DNA of 64,000 nt, taken from Candidatus Nanohalarchaeota archaeon (GTDB taxonomy: Archaea > EX4484-52 > B79-G9). The DNA is taken from NCBI GenBank assembly GCA_030634545.1, contig DAOWAN010000001.1:15010-79009 (forward strand), in the 5' to 3' direction. Made by a program: the position numbers and the translations under genes. Shown piece after piece: positions 38,474 to 46,335 of the stretch (within the stretch, counting starts at the first letter, position 1; every line of letters starts with the position of its first letter). The notes under the pieces were generated by a model. That model did no database searches. It worked only from the letters and a program-made list of their open reading frames with translations, and was not told the DNA's origin.

Positions 38474-40216
38474 TCATGAGATAAGTTTCTCATAATAGTA
38501 TATTTCGTACTCATCTCCTGAATGGTATATTTCTCTTTTGCGATCTTTTAATATTTTTTTAATGCATCGCAGGTATTCGAAATCATAGAACATTTCAAAA
38601 TCATCTTCAAAGAGAATAAAGTATATATTATATTCCCTGTATCCACTTACAGATTTATGATCAAAGACAGAGCTAGTTGGATAGATTTCTTCGTCATATC
38701 TAAAAAAAAATCCAACGCAATTTTCAAGATCAGACGAATTGAAAGTACAACTAGACAGATTAAAGTCAGTTGTTTTATTGGTTCCATCTGCTCTGTTAGT
38801 TTCAACATTAACTATATTTTCAACACGGGATTCATTAGATATAACACTATTATAAAAATAACATGCCTCATCCACATTCAAAACAATATATCGATTATAT
38901 TTCCCAGAATAAGTAATATATGCCTCTTTTGTATCTCCATCTACAAACAGAACAAGCATACTTTTTTTGTCTGTATTATTTAATATGGTCTGTATCTGTG
39001 CAAATTTTGTAACAATTTCATCTGGAGACTGTGCATAAATGTATTCACAATTGCTGTCTTGCGTACAATCCGAATATACATGAATTGCTGACAAGAGTAA
39101 CGCCGCTATCAAAATAAGGATGACTTTTTCTTCATACTTTGTTTTAAGGAGACCTGATATTGATGATGACCCAAGTATTATGAATGGAACTAAGAAAAAT
39201 ATGAAGTACCTGTTATCTATATCATTGTGAATCATAAAAGGAATTATATTTATTGAATACCATAAAAGTAAGAATAATATCTGTTCTGTTTTTTTTATTA
39301 TGTTTCTTTTGTTTACCAGATATAGAACAACAGGTGCCACTATGAATAGTATTATGTAGAAGTTATATTCAAACATTTCAAGCACAGAGATTATATTCTG
39401 ACTCATATAAACAGAACCGATATCCCCCTCATCGATCTTACCATATAGTGCATCTATAAGAAATGGTATGACAAGAATCACAGCCATAAGCAAATATACA
39501 ATGATATTGATTTTTTTTCGTATTCTTATCGGATTCTTTTTGATAAGAAAGTAAATAATGAGAACCAGAAGCAAAATCATTTCCTCTTTTCTTATCAGGG
39601 CGCAAAACAGCAATGATATAAATGTGAGAAAATAAATCTCTGGTTCTTTTGATTTTATTGAGATGAGTATCAGTATTATTGATAGCATCACGAAGAATGA
39701 TGCTGTTAGTTCTTCTCCCTGTGTACCGGAAAAAAATATATGCCATGGAAGGGCACTTAGTATGATTGCGCTAATAATTGCTGCTTTCTGATCCTTGAAG
39801 AGCAAGTATGTAAGCAGGAAAATCATTATTATAGAGAGACTGCCTATTACGATGTCAAAGATGTGTGCAGACCACATTATATTCCCAGTCAATGAATATA
39901 GAGGAGCGATTAAAAGAGAATACCCTCTTGTATGCGTATCCTGAGGCATCATATGTTCTTCTGAAATAGATACAGCAATATTCCTACTGGTCCCCATAAA
40001 AATCTCTGTTGTCTGCATCTCTAAAAAGGCGAAGCGCACGATGAATCCAAGAATAGTTATGATAAATAACATTAACCATGTTTTTCTATTTATTTTTCTG
40101 TATTCACTTGTGATTAGTTTACGATTTTTCAAGAGAAGTATCATCAATAGCAAAAATACAAATATATAATAATACATTCTAGTTGCAGCATCCAGAAAGA
40201 AGAAATCATAAAGCAT
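38474..40216 (-). CDS. large polytopic membrane protein, GT-C-like, paralog 3
   Basis: 580 aa with the same conserved blocks. It has a longer, insertion-bearing C-terminal soluble domain. Confidence 0.5.
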   Translation of the reverse strand: MLYDFFFLDAATRMYYYIFVFLLLMILLLKNRKLITSEYRKINRKTWLMLFIITILGFIVRFAFLEMQTTEIFMGTSRNIAVSISEEHMMPQDTHTRGYSLLIAPLYSLTGNIMWSAHIFDIVIGSLSIIMIFLLTYLLFKDQKAAIISAIILSALPWHIFFSGTQGEELTASFFVMLSIILILISIKSKEPEIYFLTFISLLFCALIRKEEMILLLVLIIYFLIKKNPIRIRKKINIIVYLLMAVILVIPFLIDALYGKIDEGDIGSVYMSQNIISVLEMFEYNFYIILFIVAPVVLYLVNKRNIIKKTEQILFLLLWYSINIIPFMIHNDIDNRYFIFFLVPFIILGSSSISGLLKTKYEEKVILILIAALLLSAIHVYSDCTQDSNCEYIYAQSPDEIVTKFAQIQTILNNTDKKSMLVLFVDGDTKEAYITYSGKYNRYIVLNVDEACYFYNSVISNESRVENIVNVETNRADGTNKTTDFNLSSCTFNSSDLENCVGFFFRYDEEIYPTSSVFDHKSVSGYREYNIYFILFEDDFEMFYDFEYLRCIKKILKDRKREIYHSGDEYEIYYYEKLIS

Positions 40217-40437
40217 TATATCAATAAGACACTGCTATTTTTTATATTCTTTCTATGATAATATGCTCTAAATTTTATTCCTGATGACACAGCATTAACT
40301 TATTTAAATGTTGAGAGTCACAGAGTTCTATGCATAAGATTATTGATTGTAATCTGGAATTGATTTTGCATACTTAAGCCGCGAAATCGCATTTGTAATG
40401 TATTTCTGGATACATTATAGACTTAGAGAAGATTTTT

Positions 40438-40887
40438 ATGAAAAGTGATGATAAAGCATCTTTTTTGAAAAATGTGGACTTTGATTTAAGTAAAAAAGTT
40501 ACCCGGATTAATTTGAATTCTATGCTTTACCCGCGCACTGTTGTGATGAGAGCAGCATACTCATTTACTGACAGTTTCGATGTCGCTGTCGAAGGAGACG
40601 ATTCATCCAGCATTGTTTTCATCAGGGATAATGGTAATGATAAGCTGACACAAGCGGATTTTGAGGACATTGCCTATCGTTTTTATTCCGAACTGATTCA
40701 TGCAAGTGTTGAAGAGACTCAGGCGCGAAGATACGCAGACACAAGAAATGCACTGATAGGAGCTGCACTGAAATCATTATTTCCTATTACTGGTTCTTTG
40801 AACATACCCAAAGACACAAAATCTCCCCCAATTAAAGAACCTAAATTAAAAAATAATATCAAATCTACAACCAAAAACTGCAAATAA
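40438..40887 (+). CDS. small soluble protein, HxsD-like candidate
   Basis: 149 aa. The pattern YPRTVVMRAAYSFTDSFDVAV...IVFI...FYSELIHASVEE...R.ALIGAAL recalls the His-Xaa-Ser system protein HxsD as I remember that family. It lies directly upstream of the Trp-repeat peptide. This assignment is from memory only. Confidence 0.4.
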   Translation: MKSDDKASFLKNVDFDLSKKVTRINLNSMLYPRTVVMRAAYSFTDSFDVAVEGDDSSSIVFIRDNGNDKLTQADFEDIAYRFYSELIHASVEETQARRYADTRNALIGAALKSLFPITGSLNIPKDTKSPPIKEPKLKNNIKSTTKNCK

Positions 40888-40975
40888 CGATTACAATAAC
40901 AGTTTCCACATAAGAATAAATCCCATAACACTCAATTTATTAGTGCCCTGACAATATAACAAAAAATAAGATGCT

Positions 40976-41299
40976 TTGCAAGTGCGTGGTATTGTGAATA
41001 TTAAAGATAAACTAAAGAAGATAAAGCAAATGGACTTATGGAAACCCGGTGACAATGAAAAGACCGGTGTTGTAAACGGGCTGATTCTCTTGGGTGCTGC
41101 TGTTGGAGCCACGCTGTCTTTCCAGGGTCATGATGCTTGTGCAGATGCACCCCTCTGTAGTAATGATGAATGGGGCAACTGGTCAGACTGGACTAATAGC
41201 TGGAACAACTGGTCAGACTGGACTAACTGGAGTGACTGGAGTGATTGGGAGCATTGGGGCAATTGGGGAAACTGGGGAAATTGGGGAAACGGTGACTAA
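40976..41299 (+). CDS. Trp-Xaa-(Asn/Asp/His) repeat peptide, candidate RiPP precursor
   Basis: The frame is open from TTG 40976, but the most likely start is ATG 41030 (MDLWKPGDNEK...). A hydrophobic helix (GLILLGAAVGATLSF) and HDACADAPLCSNDE are followed by WGN WSD WTN S WNN WSD WTN WSD WSD WEH WGN WGN WGN WGN GD. Synonymous codon variation preserves this frame. Confidence 0.65.
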   Translation: MQVRGIVNIKDKLKKIKQMDLWKPGDNEKTGVVNGLILLGAAVGATLSFQGHDACADAPLCSNDEWGNWSDWTNSWNNWSDWTNWSDWSDWEHWGNWGNWGNWGNGD

Positions 41300-41429
41300 C
41301 CAGTTTGATTGAAATACAGATTATAATAACAAAAGCCTGCAAATGGCTTTATACCGCTACAGACCATGCATGGCAATGTCCTGATTGTATAGTTCAGGTC
41401 GTTACTATCTGGACAAACTGAACCAAAAA

Positions 41430-41767
41430 CCAATAGACCTTAACTATCCGGGCGAATCTCAAAGATTCGCTGGATTTCGCAAATCGTACCGATTTCCTAT
41501 ATCGCCAAAAACGCATGCGTTTTTGCGACACTAAAATTCCCGAGGAATTTTAAGAGTTGCGAAATTAGGAATTGGGTAGCAATTTCGCAATCATAAAAAT
41601 CACAAAGTGATTTTTAATGATCCTAACAAATCACATTGATTTGTTGGATGCTAAAATTGCATCGCAATTTTAAGCATATGGAAAAGTCATATAGTCCATT
41701 TTGAAGACGATAGTCTTCGAAAGCTTGGCATGTAATGCCATGAAATAGTTATGACTTTTACTATATT
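41430..41767. repeat. mosaic hairpin-array intergenic repeat, copy B
   Basis: It shares its 5' end, a 98-nt identical block (41595-41692) and its 3' end with copy A. It shares a 117-nt block (41476-41592, 6 mismatches) with copy C. It ends 2 nt before the radical-SAM gene start. Confidence 0.85.
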
Positions 41768-41769
41768 AC

Positions 41770-43605
41770 GTGAACAATATGTTGAATTCAAAATTATATT
41801 GCGCTTTAGGTTATGCCTGTAATAATAACTGCCTTATCTGTGTTGTTGATTCTGAAAAAAAAGCCAAAGCAAACCTGCAGACCGTTGAAATTATTAACTA
41901 TCTAAAAATACTGGATACAAATCCCGAGATAAAGAATATTGAGTTTTCAGGTGGTGAACCTACAGTCAGACATGATTTATTTTATATACTTGACTGGGTG
42001 CACCAGCATCATCCAAGAATAACTTATACTATTTTCAGTAATGGACGACGCTTTTGCGATATTGATTTTGCAAATAAAATCTCAGGATATCCTGTAAAGG
42101 ATCTTCTTATTGCAATTCATGGCAAAGATGCAAAGACACATGATTTATTGACACAAAGAAAAGGAAGTTTCAATCAGACATTTATGGGCATCAGAAATCT
42201 TTCTGAGAACAAGGTTAATGTTGTCCTGAAGATCATACCCAACCAGCTGAATTATAGACAGATCCCGGACATTGTAAGGATGTTTGTCAGCCATTTCCCA
42301 TATGTCAGGACCATGACTATCAATGGAATTGATATCGGAGGTTGTGCTCTTGATAATATCGATAAAATAGGTCTTCGCCTTACAGATGCGATACCATATA
42401 TCCAGAAAGGACTGGACATCGCAAATGAGCATGGTCTGAAAGTTTGCACTTATTCAATACCAGAATGTCTGTTTGATGCAGAACATAGAAAATATGTGGG
42501 TCCCCAAAAGAGTCCCCTGTACAATTACAAGTCACCATTTCACGAACTGGACGACAAAGGTGACGAGTATGGATTTGGTCCTCTCTGCAGTGCTTGTTCT
42601 GCAAAAGACAACTGTGCCGGCTGCTGGAACACTTACTTAAGTGCTGTCGGGACCGATGAATTAAAACCGATAGTCAGACCAAAAAGCAATCCCTTATCAT
42701 CACCTAAACCCATGCAAAAAAATCGTTATGTTATTGAGATAACCGGTGCCTGTAATAATGATTGTATTTTCTGCCTGTACAACGGCAGCAGAAGTGAATC
42801 TATTTCATATGAAGATATTGTCTCACGCATACAAAGTTTTAACATGAAAAAGGGAGAGCAAGTATCATTATGTGGAGGTGAGCCGACATTAAGCATGGAT
42901 TTTGTAAAGATAATAGACTATGCTGTTTCAAAAGGGTTTCGCATCTCTGTAATATCAAACGGGAGAAAATTTTCAGATAAGCTATTTACAGAACAGGTAA
43001 TTAATGCCGGAGTATCTCATATCACTATTGATATACACGCTCATACAAAAGAACTTCATGACTCCATAACCCAAAAAGATGGGAGTTTTGATGAGACTGT
43101 TCGCGGCATAAGAAACCTGCAATCTACTGGCGTGGCACTCACACTCAAAGTGATAGTCAATAAACTGAATTATAGATATCTAAAAAACATCATTGAATTC
43201 ATTGCTGTAAATTTCACAGGTATAAAATCAGTCGTTTTTGCATCCATCAGTATCAGAGGCAGTGCATTGAAGAACAAAGAACAAGCAATTGTGAAATTGA
43301 ATGAAGCAGCACCATACATACAAAAAGCAATAGATAAAGCACAGGCATCAGGCATTCGTGTTGATCTGGATATGTTTCCATATTGTATTTTTGAACATAA
43401 GTACTTTAAGCAGATCCGTATGAGAAAACAGGACAATTTATTTCTTCTGGATGATAGTTGTGTTGTGAAACCCGACAATGCTTCAAGTGTTAAAGGCAGC
43501 TTTCCATTTTGCAGGGAATGCCGGTTCGCCAATAAATGCCCAGGTGTATGGAAAAACTACAGGGATATTTACGGTGAGAGTGAATTTAAATGTATTCACA
43601 AATGA
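41770..43605 (+). CDS. fused tandem-duplicated radical SAM enzyme (two HxsC-like halves)
   Basis: 611 aa. Half 1 has CALGYACNNNCLICVV, and half 2 (from about residue 315) has EITGACNNDCIFCLY. The halves align over SGGEPT, SNGR.F, TQ.KGSF..T..GIRNL, LK.I.N.LNYR and APYIQK. Each half ends with a Cys motif (CSACSAKDNCAGCW and CRECRFANKCPGVW). Confidence 0.8.
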   Translation: MNNMLNSKLYCALGYACNNNCLICVVDSEKKAKANLQTVEIINYLKILDTNPEIKNIEFSGGEPTVRHDLFYILDWVHQHHPRITYTIFSNGRRFCDIDFANKISGYPVKDLLIAIHGKDAKTHDLLTQRKGSFNQTFMGIRNLSENKVNVVLKIIPNQLNYRQIPDIVRMFVSHFPYVRTMTINGIDIGGCALDNIDKIGLRLTDAIPYIQKGLDIANEHGLKVCTYSIPECLFDAEHRKYVGPQKSPLYNYKSPFHELDDKGDEYGFGPLCSACSAKDNCAGCWNTYLSAVGTDELKPIVRPKSNPLSSPKPMQKNRYVIEITGACNNDCIFCLYNGSRSESISYEDIVSRIQSFNMKKGEQVSLCGGEPTLSMDFVKIIDYAVSKGFRISVISNGRKFSDKLFTEQVINAGVSHITIDIHAHTKELHDSITQKDGSFDETVRGIRNLQSTGVALTLKVIVNKLNYRYLKNIIEFIAVNFTGIKSVVFASISIRGSALKNKEQAIVKLNEAAPYIQKAIDKAQASGIRVDLDMFPYCIFEHKYFKQIRMRKQDNLFLLDDSCVVKPDNASSVKGSFPFCRECRFANKCPGVWKNYRDIYGESEFKCIHK

Positions 43606-43625
43606 TAATATCATGTGATTGATTT

Positions 43626-45047
43626 ATGGATGACAAAACATTTGCACTGAATGAATATTTTACAAAATCTTTAGCAGATAATCGCATTCTTGTAACTACA
43701 CGGCATGGTTCATGGTGTGAACTGGACAAAAGAGAGTATGACTTGCTACAAAGACAGAATTTTGAACACGACAAAGTCCTGTTTAAGAAACTAAAAGACA
43801 TAGGCATTATTCTGACAGAAAGTAATGTTGAATCTGTTGTGAAAAGGACTGCCCTGATGTTTGATGATTACAGGCAGCGCAATTTTACATGCGTGATTAA
43901 CCTCACAAATAAATGTAACCTGGATTGTGCATATTGCCTTGCAGAATCAGGTCCAAATCAGGATGAACAGGATATGTCTATTGAGAATATGTATTCATTG
44001 GTAAAATTTATTAATGGCTCTCCATGGGATAGCATAGATATTGAATTCCAGGGTGGAGAGTCTACCCTGCGATTTGATCTTATCAGGAAGTTTGTTGAAA
44101 TTATTGAGAGTAATCTGGATAAGCATAAGGAAATAAGACATTTTGTACTGGTCACAAATCTCACCTGTTTTAATAAAGAGATTGCAGATTATATTGTCAA
44201 AAAGAATTTTCGGATTGGCTCTTCACTGGATGGACCAGAGAAACTGCATGATTTTCAAAGGGCATTTCCTGACGAAAGTGGTTCTTATGAAAAAGTAGTT
44301 TACTGGGCAGATTACCTGAAAAAACGAGGAGTACATATCGGGTTTTCATCTACAATCACAAAAAAAAGTCTTGAATTCGGTGCGCGCGCAATTATCGATG
44401 AATACATGAACAGAGGTATGGAATATGTTATGCTCCGACCGTTTACATCATGTGGAAGAGGTGAGGACAGGACTGACCTTGTGATGGAACCAGAGGATTT
44501 TTTTAAGTTCTGGAAAGATGCTGTCGATTACCTTGTTGAACTTGCAGATAACGGAATATACATGTCTGAAAAGAATCTTGGACAGATGATAAAAAATATT
44601 TTTACACCTTACAGAACATATATGTGCCTAAAAAGACCATGTGGTGCTGCTATTTCCCAGATGTCCTTTATGCAGGATGGCCCGATATATGCATGTGATT
44701 CCGGGAAAAGGATTGAAGCATTGAAGATCGGCAACTATGTCAGTGGAAAATATGCAGATACATTACTAAATAGTCTGCAACTTAGGACTTTGTCTTCTGA
44801 AGCGCAGCCATTGTGTGATACATGTGTATATACTGCATTTTGCGGTACCTGCATAAGCAGGATGTTTTCAAGCTGGTCTGATTCTGTAGGAAGAACACCA
44901 AGGGATTTTGACTGCAAAGTTCACAAGTGGATGTTCACATACATTTTTAAGAAAATGAATGATCCTCGATATGCGAAACTATTTAGCAGACTAGCTGGCG
45001 CCGGGCGCGGTGATGATACACCATGCAGAACGCATGAGGTCAGTTGA
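43626..45047 (+). CDS. radical SAM/SPASM-domain peptide-maturase-like enzyme (HxsB/anSME-like)
   Basis: Motifs are INLTNKCNLDCAYCLA (CxxxCxxC) and FQGGESTL. SPASM-type C-terminal motifs are CGAAISQMSFMQDGPIYACDSG and CDTCVYTAFCGTC. Confidence 0.85.
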   Translation: MDDKTFALNEYFTKSLADNRILVTTRHGSWCELDKREYDLLQRQNFEHDKVLFKKLKDIGIILTESNVESVVKRTALMFDDYRQRNFTCVINLTNKCNLDCAYCLAESGPNQDEQDMSIENMYSLVKFINGSPWDSIDIEFQGGESTLRFDLIRKFVEIIESNLDKHKEIRHFVLVTNLTCFNKEIADYIVKKNFRIGSSLDGPEKLHDFQRAFPDESGSYEKVVYWADYLKKRGVHIGFSSTITKKSLEFGARAIIDEYMNRGMEYVMLRPFTSCGRGEDRTDLVMEPEDFFKFWKDAVDYLVELADNGIYMSEKNLGQMIKNIFTPYRTYMCLKRPCGAAISQMSFMQDGPIYACDSGKRIEALKIGNYVSGKYADTLLNSLQLRTLSSEAQPLCDTCVYTAFCGTCISRMFSSWSDSVGRTPRDFDCKVHKWMFTYIFKKMNDPRYAKLFSRLAGAGRGDDTPCRTHEVS

Positions 45048-45920
45048 ATGGATCTTTTCTGGCTAATCAAATTACTTAGTATTGTTATTGCCCTTCGTTA
45101 TCTGAGGATATTTAGCATGCATTCTGTTGCAATTTATTTAACCGGGGCATTTGCCATGGTTTTTCTGAAACCAAGAGCGCATTATTTCGTACCAGAATAT
45201 ATTTTAATAATGACAGTTTCATTGTTTTTTGCTTATATTTTATCTCTTTCAGTATATGACTTTTTAAGAAATATCAAAAGTATTAAATTTGAATCCATTT
45301 TGAGTAAAGATATTCTTGAAAGATATGGCGACTTCTTTTTTGCCATGTTTGTGATTTCATCCATATTATCTTTTTTTAATCTCCCATTTATCGGGACAAT
45401 ATTTTTTATGATAGTATTTTTTATTGCTCTTGAGATTATCCGCCTTAATATGCATGGCGAAACACAATGGTTCTTTAATTACAGAATATGGTCCGCTGTC
45501 CTTTTTTTGTATTTTGTGTTCTTTAACCAGTTCCCGGTTCTTCTGATTGTTATTCAACAAAGTATTTTTCTATGTGGACTGTTATTTATCTTCTCATTCG
45601 TACGATACTTCAACGTATATGCCTGCCCATTAGATGAACTCAAGGCAGGAATGGTTCCTGCTGAAACAATCATAAAAAAAGGCAGTACATTTACCAAGGA
45701 AAATGTGCCATATATCTCCCCTTTTGTTTATCTCAGGAAAAAAGTGATTAATAAGATATTTAAAAGACATGAACTGATAACTCCTTTCAGGCACTTGACC
45801 AATGACTCCATCAAGATATTGAGAACTAAGACACATTTCGATATTTTAATGGTACAAAGAACTATAGATATGAGCATTTTTTTAATTTTAGGCATCATTG
45901 CAACCTATTTTGTCAGGTAA
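45048..45920 (+). CDS. polytopic membrane protein of unknown function, translationally abutting the SPASM enzyme
   Basis: 290 aa with about 6-7 hydrophobic helices and a basic soluble C-terminal segment. The ATG follows the upstream TGA directly (45047/45048). Confidence 0.55.
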   Translation: MDLFWLIKLLSIVIALRYLRIFSMHSVAIYLTGAFAMVFLKPRAHYFVPEYILIMTVSLFFAYILSLSVYDFLRNIKSIKFESILSKDILERYGDFFFAMFVISSILSFFNLPFIGTIFFMIVFFIALEIIRLNMHGETQWFFNYRIWSAVLFLYFVFFNQFPVLLIVIQQSIFLCGLLFIFSFVRYFNVYACPLDELKAGMVPAETIIKKGSTFTKENVPYISPFVYLRKKVINKIFKRHELITPFRHLTNDSIKILRTKTHFDILMVQRTIDMSIFLILGIIATYFVR

Positions 45921-45969
45921 TTTATTGTATAGTGAAGGCATGAAATAAATGAGCAAACATCACAAAAAA

Positions 45970-46320
45970 CCAATATGCCTTCGTCTATCCGGGAAAATCT
46001 TCGATTTTCTGGATTTTCGAAATGTTCACCCATTTCGAATTTCGAAAATTGGAAATTTATGATAAATTTTCAAAATTTCGCAAATCGTTCCGATTTCCTA
46101 TATCGCTAAAAACGCATGCGTTTTTGCGACACTAAAATTCCCGTGGAATTTTAAGTGTTGCGAAATTAGGAATTGCGTAGCAATTCCGCAATCCTAAAAT
46201 TGCAAAGCAATTTTAAGGATTCTGGCAAATCCACAGATTTGCTGAATCATAAAAATAACAACGTGATTTTTAATGATATGGCAAGGCACTGTACTCAAGT
46301 TATTAGTGCCTTGACTATAG
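45970..46320. repeat. mosaic hairpin-array intergenic repeat, copy C
   Basis: The 5' end ctatccggg plus hairpin plus tggat matches copies A and B. The 117-nt block 46077-46193 matches copy B. Additional modules include ttcgaaatg-N6-catttcgaa, ggaattgc-gta-gcaattcc, aaaattgc-aaa-gcaatttt and gcaaatc-cac-gatttgc. It lies between convergent genes. Confidence 0.85.
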
Positions 46321-46335
46321 ATACATTGCATCTGA

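Noticed and set aside
41094-41312. An overlapping +1-frame ORF (72 aa) ends in a collagen-like Gly-x-x repeat (GATGQTGLIAGTTGQTGLTGVTGVIGSIGAIGETGEIGET). It could have been a Gly-rich rSAM-associated repeat peptide.
   Set aside because: The Gly periodicity is an automatic by-product of TGG recurring every 9 nt. Codon differences between repeat units are synonymous in the Trp frame but non-synonymous in this one. The Trp frame also has the longer ORF and a sensible N-terminus. It still deserves exclusion by proteomics.
45048-45920. I considered whether the 290-aa membrane protein after the SPASM enzyme is the missing prepilin (A24) peptidase or a CPBP/CAAX-type RiPP protease.
   Set aside because: It has no GxGD-type second catalytic Asp motif in a TM helix. 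Its only D-containing candidates (VYDFLR and RYGDFF) are 25 residues apart in a hydrophilic stretch. It has no EExxxR, FxxxH or HxxxN CPBP motifs.
1356-46320. I considered whether the hairpin arrays or the 87-bp tandem repeat are CRISPR arrays.
   Set aside because: There is no constant direct repeat alternating with unique spacers. The hairpin modules all differ in sequence, the 87-bp repeat is coding and in-frame, and no cas genes are present.
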